Made by a program: the position numbers and the translations under genes. Below, piece after piece: positions 9,280 through 17,648 of a DNA stretch of 23,762 nt. Under the pieces are notes generated by a model. The model did no database searches, was not told the origin of the DNA, and worked only from the letters and a program-made list of their open reading frames with translations. The stretch is from Nitrospinota bacterium (GTDB taxonomy: Bacteria; UBA8248), in assembly GCA_030754595.1 (NCBI GenBank), contig JASLZZ010000092.1, positions 1-23,762 on the forward strand, in the 5' to 3' direction. How positions within the stretch are numbered: position 1 is the first letter of the stretch; every line of letters begins with the position of its first letter.

Positions 9280-9726
9280 TTATTTTTTGTCCAGATAATC
9301 CTGAAGAAATCCGGCCAGCGGCGTGCTCCGCCAGTCGAAACCGATTTCCCGCGCGGCCCGTTCGGTCTCATCGGCCGACATGCCGCTCTCCTCCGAAAGG
9401 TGCGCTAGCGAGCAAACCCCGGCCCGCCCTCCGCCTTTTCAGTGGACAAAGACCGAACCGTCGGCCTTGCCCTCCTGAATCGCCTTGCCGACACCGGCCA
9501 AGAGTTTATCGGTAAAATTCTTGAGCCCGGCCGGAATGTGAACATACTTCATACCGAGCTTTTCGGCCTCCGCCGCCGCCCGGTCGATGGGGAGCTCGGG
9601 CTGGTCTTCGCCCGGCAACCGGAGGTTGATAACCGTCTTCACCCCCCGCTCGGCCATTCCCCTGAGATCTTCCGGGGTGGGCTGTCCGCCGAAAAAAATA
9701 TCGTCCGAAGCTTGCTTGTAATCCAT
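9280..9726 (-). CDS. DUF442/Blh-like (PTP/rhodanese-type sulfurtransferase fold) protein, probable selenoprotein with Sec at codon 96
   Basis: ATG 9726 behind GAGGGGAG. GGQPT..DL, GVKTVINLR..GE and GMKYVHIP are typical of DUF442/Blh. VFVH-TGA(9441-9439)-KGGGRAG puts TGA at the Cys of the H-C-x-x-G-x-R loop. The frame continues 52 sense codons to TAA at 9282-9280. Confidence 0.85.
9396..9438 (-). promoter_or_regulatory. Candidate bacterial SECIS element
   Basis: Immediately 3' of the UGA: AAAGG...GGGCGGGC-CGGG-GUUUGCUC...CCUUU. The apical loop starts about 17 nt after the UGA and has G at position 2; the upper stem is rich in G.U pairs. Confidence 0.6.
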
Positions 9727-9761
9727 GAACTCTCCCCTCGGAATCACCCGAAGGCTCCCCG

Positions 9762-10604
9762 CTAGCCCCTTTGAATGATCTCCCTGTACCGCACGAGACG
9801 GCTGGAGCGTTCCTCGTCGCCCTCCCGATGATAGATTCCGATCAAGTTGTTGAGCATTCTCTCCACAATCCGCAGGTCCGGCGTCTCGTTTAAAAACCGC
9901 GGGTCGAAATGGTAACCCATCCCGCGCACGATATCGGTGCACTCCTCGGCGGAAACGACCTTTCCTCCGTCAAAGGGGTCGAGATAAACGGGCGTTCCGG
10001 GAACCTCGTACTTCAGGATGAAATGACCGGGCATCCCCACCCCGCGGAAAGGAAGGTCCATCCGCCTTCCGATCAGCATATAAACCGCCGCCAGCGAGAT
10101 CGGCATCCCCTCCCGGCGGTCGAGCACCCGGTTTAGATAGCAATTGTCCGGATCATAGTACTCCGTCCTCCCGCCCTTGAAGCCCAACTCTTCGTGAAGA
10201 TAATAGGCCGTGTGGCGGACGATCTCATCGGGGGCGCTCACGCCCTCCAGCCGGTAGCCAAGCTCCTTGGTCATCTGATCCAACTCGGCGACGCAACGGC
10301 CCAGATCCTCGAGCGGATAGCCGAACGAGGCGAGGAGAAAGACCCCTTCCTCGAGTTGAGGGCCGTCCGGTGCGGAGACCGCCCACTCCGAAAACGAGCG
10401 CTCAAGGCGCGAGTGATGAAAATCCACAAGGGCGGGCGGAGCGGATACCCTGCGGCCCTCGGTTCGCGTAAGCCGCTCCAGGATGCGCTCCAAATCCTCA
10501 TCGGCCATTGAGGCAATCTGCCGATCGAGTGCCTGGAAAGTGGCCTCCCGATCATCCTCCAGCAGCGTACAAATTGCATCGAGTTGCGTTTCGCTCAAAT
10601 TCAC
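9762..10604 (-). CDS. SirB1/transglutaminase-like domain protein
   Basis: YYDPDNCYLNRVLDRREGMPISL...GVGMPGHFIL, YLDPFDGG and RMLNNL. GTG start at 10604 behind GGGGAGAGG. Confidence 0.85.
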   Translation of the reverse strand: MNLSETQLDAICTLLEDDREATFQALDRQIASMADEDLERILERLTRTEGRRVSAPPALVDFHHSRLERSFSEWAVSAPDGPQLEEGVFLLASFGYPLEDLGRCVAELDQMTKELGYRLEGVSAPDEIVRHTAYYLHEELGFKGGRTEYYDPDNCYLNRVLDRREGMPISLAAVYMLIGRRMDLPFRGVGMPGHFILKYEVPGTPVYLDPFDGGKVVSAEECTDIVRGMGYHFDPRFLNETPDLRIVERMLNNLIGIYHREGDEERSSRLVRYREIIQRG

Positions 10605-10702
10605 GGCGCCTCTCCCCATTCCCGCCCGGGACAAGGAACATTCGGTAAAAAAACCTATCTCCCTATGCTATTCTCCCGCCGTGAATAGCTCAATCCCCCC
10701 CA

Positions 10703-12124
10703 TTAACCCCCTTTAGGGTCTTGGGCCGCCTCGGCCGCCCGAAATCCGCTCCGCACCGCCCCCTCGCAGGTCGCCGGGAGCCCGGTCGCGGTCCAGTCCC
10801 CGGCCAGAATCAACCCATCCACCGGGGTTTCCGCCGCCGTGCGGTGCGCCTGCTCCCCGGCCCCGTTCGCCCATGTGGCCGCCCTCTCCCGGACGACGAG
10901 AACCCGCCGCAGGCCGAAATCCGGCAGGAGCCTCCCCGCCGCCTCGCGGGCCGCCGATTCGATCTCGCTCCTCGGGGCCGAGGCGAGAGAATCCGCGCCG
11001 CCGCATAAAAAAGCGACCGGCGCATCAGGTTCTTTTTCCCCGGTCCTCAAGTCCCCGGCCTTCAAGCCCCCAGCTCCCGGGCGAAAGAGCCACTCCCACC
11101 GCTCGGCCACCAGGGCCTCATAGGCCGGGCCCGGGCAAGGATGATCGAGCCAAAGGTAGGCGGTTGCGATGGAAGCGGACCGGAGGCGGCCGAGATCGCG
11201 CCAGGGGCTTTTTCCCCCAAACGCCTCCGCCGGGAGGAGCCTGAGAAGAGCGGGCGGGGGGACGGCGGCGATCACCACAGACGCTTCGATCGACTCACCG
11301 CCCGAGAGAGTCACGCCGCGAACAGCGCCGCCCTCGATCCGAATCCTCCGGACGGGAGCGGCCATCTTCACCTCGCCTCCCGCCCGCCGGATCGCATCGA
11401 GGGCGCGATCCGCCCAAAAAGGCCCCAGCGCCTCCGCCGGCGCTCCCAGCGAAGCGCCCGCGAGCCCCGGCCCGAACGCTTCGCACATCACCCGGCGCAG
11501 CAGTTCACCGCTCCCCTCCCCGGCGGGCATGTTGAGCACCGCCCCCGAGAAAGGCTCCCAGAACCACTCGCGCTCTGAAGCGCCCTGTCCGAGACGGTCG
11601 AGCATTTGCTCAACCGTCTCACCCGCATTTTTCGATTCAGCGGCGGGCGGCCCCTCCTTTAGCACGCGTCGGAGACCCCGGGCGATCGATAAGCGCGCGG
11701 CGAGGCGGGGGCCGCGCCAGCGAAGAAGCGCGAGCAGCGAGGCCGGAGCGCCCCCCCGGGCGGGAAACGAGAGCCGCTCGTTTCGCACTCCGCCCCGGGC
11801 CGCTCCATCGGCCAGCCGGTAGGTGAGATCGAGCGAGGGCTCAAAGCGAAGAGAGGCCGAGGCGCCGATTCGGCCGAGAAATTCACGGAGGGCGGGATTC
11901 GCCTTCATGAAAAGGTGAGGTCCCCAGTCCAACTCGCGTCCGGACCGGGGGTCGGGAAAACTTCTGGCCCGGCCGCCGGGCGCCTTGGCCGCTTCGAGCA
12001 GGAGAACCGGCCGGCCGGCGTCGGCCAGCGTGAGCGCCGCCGAGGCTCCGGCGAAACCTGCCCCGATGACGATGACGGGCGCCTCCCCCCTGTGCGAGGA
12101 GCCCGGGTTCAAGATGCCGCTCAC
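10703..12124 (-). CDS. hpnE: Hydroxysqualene dehydroxylase HpnE (FAD-dependent)
   Basis: GAGFAG, GGRARSF, LDWGPH, ERAAT and LAGDWTATGLPATCEGAVRSG. Its GTG start overlaps the TGA of the hpnCD fusion (GTGA). Confidence 0.88.
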   Translation of the reverse strand: MSGILNPGSSHRGEAPVIVIGAGFAGASAALTLADAGRPVLLLEAAKAPGGRARSFPDPRSGRELDWGPHLFMKANPALREFLGRIGASASLRFEPSLDLTYRLADGAARGGVRNERLSFPARGGAPASLLALLRWRGPRLAARLSIARGLRRVLKEGPPAAESKNAGETVEQMLDRLGQGASEREWFWEPFSGAVLNMPAGEGSGELLRRVMCEAFGPGLAGASLGAPAEALGPFWADRALDAIRRAGGEVKMAAPVRRIRIEGGAVRGVTLSGGESIEASVVIAAVPPPALLRLLPAEAFGGKSPWRDLGRLRSASIATAYLWLDHPCPGPAYEALVAERWEWLFRPGAGGLKAGDLRTGEKEPDAPVAFLCGGADSLASAPRSEIESAAREAAGRLLPDFGLRRVLVVRERAATWANGAGEQAHRTAAETPVDGLILAGDWTATGLPATCEGAVRSGFRAAEAAQDPKGG

Positions 12125-14298
12125 CTTCCGATCAGGCAGAGAAGAGCTTCGCGGAGCTTCGCCCCTTTCGAAAGAGAGGCTTTCCAGCCCGGCCCCGGAA
12201 AGTCGGCCGCCACGATTCTCTCCAGAACCCTGCGGTAGACGCGGCCCATGAAACGAGCCGGGAACAATCGCCTGCGGCTCCTGCCGGGGATGAGTGCGTC
12301 CGCTTTTTGGAAAAACGCCTCGGCCCGCTCCGCCTCGAACCTCAATAGCGCGACCAACGCCTCGCTTCGCTCTCCCTTGAGGATGGATTCCTCAGACACC
12401 CCGAACCGGTTCAAATCCTCGAGCGGCAGATAAATCCGGTTGTCCTCGGCGTCCACCCATAAATCGCGCAGGATGTTCGTCAACTGAAGAGCGAGGCCCA
12501 GCGTCCGGCCATATTCGATGCCTGCCGGAGAATTTTCCCCGAACACTTTCAGGCAGGCCAACCCGACGGCGGAGGCGACTTTGTAGCAATACTCCCTGAG
12601 CTCATCGAACGTACGGTAGCGGTTCTGGTCCAGATCCATCGCCACCCCCCGGCAGACATCAATCAGATCGCCGGTCGAGACGCCGTAGGATTCGACGGCT
12701 GTTCTCAGTTCGCGGAGGACCGGATGATGGTGATCGCGCCCGGCGAGATTGGCCACCGCTTCCTCCCACCTGTTCAGCTGCCGCCGCTTTTCCTCCCGGT
12801 CGCCCGGGGTGTCGGCGATGTCGTCCACGGCGCGGCAGAATCCATAAATCGCCGAGAGGGCGCGGCGGCGAGCGGGAGGCAGCGACAAAAACGCGACATA
12901 AAAACTCGACCGGCTCGACCGGACAAACCACCGGCAATAATTCCAGTCCCCCCGGGCGGCCGCATCGCCGTCGACACGGCGTCCGAGGAAACCCGCCGGA
13001 AAAAACGCGGCGAGAACGCAGGCCGCCTTGTCGCGGCGATTCAGTCTGGGAGATCCTTTCAACACGTCGTAGTCCGCTCGCTCGACCGACTCCAAGGCGG
13101 CGGCTCCTCCCCGAAATATCGCCCGAATCTCCCGCCCCAGGGGGCCTTTCATCGATTCGATCAAAGGAAGCCCCTCGGCGAAGAGAGCGCGCGTCCGATT
13201 GATCTGAAAAGCCATCAACGCCCGGAGCGATGCCCCCGCGTTCTCGCCCGCGAGTTCACTCTCGGCGACTCCGAACGCCTCGAGTTCCGCCCGGGGGAGA
13301 TAGATCCTGCCGCGAAGAAAATCCTCTTTAACGTCCTGTAGGTGATTGGCGATTTGGAGGGCGGTGCAGATCGCGTCGGAGGCCCGTATCTCATCCTCAC
13401 CCCGTACACCGTGAAGCAGAAGGATGATGCGGCCCACGGGGTTTGCCGAAAGCCGGCAATAGCCAAGCAGATCGGCGTATTCCGGATAGCAGCGCACAGT
13501 CACGTCCTGTCGGAAGGCGGCGATCAGATCGCGGAAAGGCTGAAGGGGCAGATCGTGGGCGCGAATCGTATCGCCCAGGGCGATAAAAACGCTTCCCTCC
13601 CCGCGCCCCTCGCCCGCGGCTTCGAGCCGGCGCTCCCAGTCATCAAGGCGGGTCAGGCGTTCCTCCTCCGTACCCGGGCCGGGGTCCGAATCCGAGCCGG
13701 GAAGGTCGGCGAAATCATCGGCGCACCGCGCGAAGGCATAAACCGCCGCCACATGCCGCCGAACCTTCGCGGAAAGCATCCGAGAGGCGACGGGAAAATT
13801 CTCGTAGTGCGCCGCGGCCATGCGCGCGCATTCGCGGTAGGCCGCCTCGATATCACCGGAAGAGGCGCCCGTCCGGGCTTCCCACGGCTTCGCCGGGACG
13901 CCCTCCTTGAGCATTTCGATCAGCGGGGCGTCGGCGGGGAGGAATTCAAACTTCTCTAAATCACCGGGAAGCGCCCATTCATGGGCAGCGACACCCCGGT
14001 TTTTCGGCTCCCCCTCGGACCATGAACACTCGTAGAAGCGAAGGTTCACGTTCCGGTCCGGATAGGAATGGCTGACCGACCATTCCATCCGCCCCACCTC
14101 GATCCCGATATCGAGCTCTTCCCTAATTTCACGGACGAGGGCGCCCTCGGGGGATTCGCCCTCCTCGACCTTGCCGCCCGGAAATTCCCACTTGCCCGGA
14201 AGGTGGGCTCCCTCCGGCCGGCGGCAGATCAGGACGCGCCCCTCGTTTCGGATGATTCCGGCGACGACGTTAATGCTGGATTGGGATTCGGTTACCAT
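12121..14298 (-). CDS. Fusion of a MutT-like Nudix hydrolase, HpnC and HpnD (squalene/hopanoid precursor synthesis)
   Basis: N-terminal WEFPGGKVEEGESPEGALVREIREEL (Nudix box). Middle HYENFPVAS, YAFARCADDFAD and CTALQIANHLQD (HpnC). C-terminal SSFY, YGFCRAVDDIAD and GLALQLTNILRD (HpnD). One uninterrupted frame. Confidence 0.9.
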   Translation of the reverse strand: MVTESQSSINVVAGIIRNEGRVLICRRPEGAHLPGKWEFPGGKVEEGESPEGALVREIREELDIGIEVGRMEWSVSHSYPDRNVNLRFYECSWSEGEPKNRGVAAHEWALPGDLEKFEFLPADAPLIEMLKEGVPAKPWEARTGASSGDIEAAYRECARMAAAHYENFPVASRMLSAKVRRHVAAVYAFARCADDFADLPGSDSDPGPGTEEERLTRLDDWERRLEAAGEGRGEGSVFIALGDTIRAHDLPLQPFRDLIAAFRQDVTVRCYPEYADLLGYCRLSANPVGRIILLLHGVRGEDEIRASDAICTALQIANHLQDVKEDFLRGRIYLPRAELEAFGVAESELAGENAGASLRALMAFQINRTRALFAEGLPLIESMKGPLGREIRAIFRGGAAALESVERADYDVLKGSPRLNRRDKAACVLAAFFPAGFLGRRVDGDAAARGDWNYCRWFVRSSRSSFYVAFLSLPPARRRALSAIYGFCRAVDDIADTPGDREEKRRQLNRWEEAVANLAGRDHHHPVLRELRTAVESYGVSTGDLIDVCRGVAMDLDQNRYRTFDELREYCYKVASAVGLACLKVFGENSPAGIEYGRTLGLALQLTNILRDLWVDAEDNRIYLPLEDLNRFGVSEESILKGERSEALVALLRFEAERAEAFFQKADALIPGRSRRRLFPARFMGRVYRRVLERIVAADFPGPGWKASLSKGAKLREALLCLIGR

Positions 14299-14314
14299 TT
14301 TAATCCGCGATTTT

Positions 14315-15082
14315 TCAGGAAAGCGGCGTCAACCGGCTGATGAAAACGCCCGGCTCGGCCCGCTCCAGGGCCTCCTGAAATTCCTCTCCATTGGCGAAAC
14401 GCGTCCCGGGAATCGTGACCCCCGGAAACTGAAGCTCAAGGCTCTCCAGGTCAAACGGCCAGGGAGCTATTTCGAGGCCGTCGTCCGCCGTGGGACGGAC
14501 CTTCAGGCCGCACCTCGTCAACGGGTGAACCTGCCCCTCGGGGGGGCTGATCTCGGGCGCCCTGCAGGTCAGAAGCGACAGGGTGTCGCAGGTGCGGAGG
14601 AGAATCGAGGCGCTCTCCCCCTCCGCTTCCTCGATGGAGGAGAAATTTTTCCGGAGCGACTCCCGCCGCTTCGCCTCGGCGAGGACAAACGCCTGGAGCC
14701 GCCGGAGGACTTCGGGCGGGGCGCCGTGGCCACCGGCGTCGGCCAACTGGCCGAAATGAGCGCTCACCAGATAGCCCGAAAACGCATTAAACCCGGCGCA
14801 GGTGGCGATGCTCTCCGACCAAACCGCGGTCGCCTCGTCCGAGTCGGTGTTGAAAAAACTGAAGGGCAGCTTCGTCTCCGGATCGTAGCGCGGCGTTTCA
14901 TCCGACTTGCACCAGCCTACATCGTGATTGTCCACCGCGAAAAACACGGCTTCCTTCATGTCGGACGAAAGCGGCGAAAGCGTTTCCATCCCCGCCCAAT
15001 GGCGGACAAGAGAGCCCGCCGCGCGCGCATGGTCGTGCTGCGAGATGAGACGAACGCCATCTTCCATCGGACGGACAATCAT
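14315..15082 (-). CDS. DUF3891-family protein
   Basis: MIVR...LISQHDHARAAG.L..HW, AVDNHDVGW, LVSAH and CDTLSLL resemble DUF3891. Start is ATG 15082 (alternative GTG 15097). Confidence 0.7.
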   Translation of the reverse strand: MIVRPMEDGVRLISQHDHARAAGSLVRHWAGMETLSPLSSDMKEAVFFAVDNHDVGWCKSDETPRYDPETKLPFSFFNTDSDEATAVWSESIATCAGFNAFSGYLVSAHFGQLADAGGHGAPPEVLRRLQAFVLAEAKRRESLRKNFSSIEEAEGESASILLRTCDTLSLLTCRAPEISPPEGQVHPLTRCGLKVRPTADDGLEIAPWPFDLESLELQFPGVTIPGTRFANGEEFQEALERAEPGVFISRLTPLS

Positions 15083-15135
15083 CGAGGAGCGCTCCACTTG
15101 AAAAACGAAACGGCAAAAATACTATATTGACAAAA

Positions 15136-15352
15136 CCGGTCCAAAACAGGTGGTTCAGACGAATGTAGCAGTCCCACCCCCAAGGGCCAAGAGGGTCGCC
15201 AATTGGGCGGGGTTTGGAATAATTGAGACCTAACCCCCTTGGCATGGGCTGGAGCTCTTGATGGCGAGGGCAAAAGGGTGGAAAATCCGCCCTCTTGAGT
15301 AGATTTACTCCTTCTCTCCCGCTGGTTGGCTGTTTTCACCGGGCGAAAGCCT
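15136..15352. ncRNA. Candidate structured RNA in the divergent DUF3891/metX intergenic region (class not identified)
   Basis: Closing stem CCGGT.AAAACAG/CTGTTTT.ACCGG. Internal stems GCCAAGAGGGT/ACCCCCTTGGC, AGGGTGGA/TCCGCCCT and GAGTA/TACTC, plus GGC-GAAA-GCC. Confidence 0.45.
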
Positions 15353-15392
15353 TTTAACGGACGAAAATCAAGGGTTACCGAGGATTATTGGC

Positions 15393-16814
15393 TTGAACAC
15401 AGAATCCGGCTCAGTTGGCCTGACCGAAACGAAGACGCTCACCCTCCCGGAGCCGTTCACCACGGAATCGGGAAAGACGCTCTCGGGCGTCCGCGTCGCC
15501 TATGAAACCTACGGCGAGCTGAACAACGCCGGAGACAATGCCATCCTCGTCATCCACGCCCTTACGGGCGATGCCCATGCCGCGGGGTTCCACAGCGCGG
15601 ACGCCCCCCGGCCCGGCTGGTGGGACCCGATCATCGGCCCCGGAAAAGCGCTGGACACGGACCGCTATTTCGTCGTCTGCACAAACAACCTCGGCGGCTG
15701 CTCGGGAACGACAGGACCCACATCCGTCAACCCGGAGACCGGACGCCCCTACGGGACCAGCTTCCCGGTCGTGACGGTCGAGGACACCGTGCGCCTCCAG
15801 CGCGAATTCCTCGACGCCATCGGCGTGAAACGCCTCCGCTCGGTCATCGGGGGGTCGATGGCCGGCATGCAAACCCTGGAGTGGGGCCTTCGCTACAACG
15901 ATTTCTGCGATTCGGTCATCCCGGTCGCCGGCGCCGCCCGCCTGACCCCGATGGGGATCGCCTGGGACAAGATCGCCCGCTCGGCCATCATGGCCGATGC
16001 CGGCTGGGATGGGGGCGGCTACGAATCCGGCACTGGGCCGAAGAAGGGCCTCGGCGTGGCCCGCATGATCGCCCACATCACCTACCTCAGCGGCCCCATC
16101 ATGTGGGAAAAATTTGGCCGCCGCGTCCGCGACAAGGGCCGACTACTCGAGGAAATCACCGCCCGCTTCGAGGTGGAGAGCTATCTCGACCATCAGGGAG
16201 GAAAGTTCGTGGATCGCTTCGACGCGAACGCCTACCTCTACCTGTCGAGGATGATGGACCTTTACGACGCGTCCTCGGGCTACGCGGACCTCAAGGCCGC
16301 TCTCGAGCGCCTTCGGACCAAGTGCCTGCTCGTATGCTTCATATCGGATTGGCTCTTCCCGCCCCACGGCAGCATCGAGATCGCCGAGGCCCTTCAGTCG
16401 CTCGGCCGCGAGGTGGAGCTTCACAACGTCGAGTCCACCTACGGCCACGATGCGTTCCTCGTGCAAATAGCCCAGCTTACCCGGATCGTGGGCGATTTCC
16501 TGAGCCGCCTGGAAGAAGGCGGCCCCATCGGACTCGACGCGATGGCCGTTCCCGCCGATACGCGGCGGTTCGTCCTCACCTTCCCAGCCGTCGAGGTGCG
16601 AAAACCAGTCCTCTGGGAACTCGGGAAAAAATTCGGATTCGCCGTCAACATCATCCGCGGCGACGTGAGCAACGACTCGGGCTGGCAGGTGTGCGAATTC
16701 GAGGGCGGCTCCGGGGAGATCGCCGAGGCCGTCTCCTACCTCAGGAGCCGGGGCATCTGGGTAGACCCCGGCGGGGACGCACCCATCGACCACGATCGCG
16801 CCGAGGTCGTATAG
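15393..16814 (+). CDS. metX: Homoserine O-acyltransferase (MetX family) with a C-terminal NIL domain
   Basis: AYETYG, HALTGD, GWWD..IGPGKALDT, nucleophile GGSMAG, SDWLFP and YGHDAFL. An extra ~70 aa from 16563 (LTFP....KPVLWEL..KF..VNII.G.V....G) has the NIL pattern. TTG start behind GAGG. Confidence 0.93.
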   Translation: MNTESGSVGLTETKTLTLPEPFTTESGKTLSGVRVAYETYGELNNAGDNAILVIHALTGDAHAAGFHSADAPRPGWWDPIIGPGKALDTDRYFVVCTNNLGGCSGTTGPTSVNPETGRPYGTSFPVVTVEDTVRLQREFLDAIGVKRLRSVIGGSMAGMQTLEWGLRYNDFCDSVIPVAGAARLTPMGIAWDKIARSAIMADAGWDGGGYESGTGPKKGLGVARMIAHITYLSGPIMWEKFGRRVRDKGRLLEEITARFEVESYLDHQGGKFVDRFDANAYLYLSRMMDLYDASSGYADLKAALERLRTKCLLVCFISDWLFPPHGSIEIAEALQSLGREVELHNVESTYGHDAFLVQIAQLTRIVGDFLSRLEEGGPIGLDAMAVPADTRRFVLTFPAVEVRKPVLWELGKKFGFAVNIIRGDVSNDSGWQVCEFEGGSGEIAEAVSYLRSRGIWVDPGGDAPIDHDRAEVV

Positions 16815-16925
16815 ACAGAAACCGGATCTCAACCCGTTTTCGGGCTGAGCGGGAACGCTCAGGCAATTATTATTGGAAAAATTTCGTCCACCAGGCTAAT
16901 TAACCGAACCCAACGGAGGTTTCGA

Positions 16926-17561
16926 ATGAAAAAGTTGAATGAACCCATCGTCGTCGTTAAGTATTCGGATTACACCTGACCTTACTGCTACGTAGCCACC
17001 GTGGGTGGCAGCCCCGTTATCGAGGAAGACCCGGACGTCAGGGTCGAATGGGTCAGCTGGGAGGGTAGGCCCCCGGGCCAGGATTTCGCCGGCTACTCGC
17101 CGGAGGAAAAAAAAGAGAACTACGAGACGAATCACAAGCCCCTCGCCGATAAGTACGAAGTACCCCTCCGGCCGGCTGGCGGCGACTACAGGACGACAAA
17201 CGCCCATCTCGCCACTTTTTACGCACGCGACATGGACAAGTTCAGGGAGTTCCGCGACCGAATCTACAAAGCGCGCTGGGTCGACGATCTGGATCTCGAG
17301 AACCCCGACGTGCTCGCCCAGTGCGGCGAGGAAATTGGCCTCGACGGCGGGGAGATCAAAAAAGTCATCGCCGAGAAGCGATATCTCCCCCTGCTCCACA
17401 GCCAGCGGGCACAGGGCAAGAGCATGGGAATTTACGGGATACCCTCCTTTGCCGTCCAGGGGAAGATTTTCTGGGGCAAGGACGTCATCGACGATGTAAA
17501 GGCCGAGGTCGCGCGCTTGAAGGAAGAAAAGCTCGCCGAGCAGGAAAAACAGGAAAACTAG
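16926..17561 (+). CDS. DsbA/FrnE-like thiol-disulfide oxidoreductase, probable selenoprotein (UxxC, Sec at codon 18)
   Basis: GGAGGT RBS, then ATG 16926: MKKLNEPIVVVKYSDYT-TGA(16977-16979)-PYCY, in frame with the 17001-17561 ORF, which carries the cis-Pro motif GIYGIPSF. Matches the FrnE S-D-x-x-C-P-x-C-Y pattern with TGA at the first Cys. Confidence 0.9.
16987..17012 (+). promoter_or_regulatory. Candidate bacterial SECIS element
   Basis: GCCACC-GTG-GGTGGC (16995-17009) extended by GCT/AGC. The apical loop starts with G, 21 nt after the UGA. Confidence 0.65.
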
Positions 17562-17648
17562 GCAAAATCCTCCCGCACATAAAGCGGGAGACTTTATTAT
17601 ATTTGTTTTTGACGCCGCAGCATGGCACTAACACCGGGGGGAGCGAAT

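Noticed and set aside
9439..9441. Genome-wide UGA reassignment to Trp or Gly (codes 4 or 25)
   Set aside because: Several genes end in TGA at their expected C-termini and Trp is encoded by TGG. The two internal TGAs align with Cys.
9727..9942. N-terminal extension of the DUF442 ORF in the ORF track
   Set aside because: It overlaps the SirB1-like gene, and a good RBS precedes ATG 9726.
15127..15132. TTGACA as the -35 box of a metX promoter
   Set aside because: No convincing -10 hexamer at 16-18 bp spacing.
15255..15295. SAM-I riboswitch or T-box (CCATCAAGAG on the minus strand; AAGGGTGGAA on the plus strand)
   Set aside because: Only short fragments match. The SAM-I GCAACC/GTGC core and the T-box TGGNACC are absent.
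15620..16903. 427-aa Arg/Pro-rich plus-strand ORF
   Set aside because: Alternative frame overlapping metX, with composition typical of off-frame GC-rich sequence.
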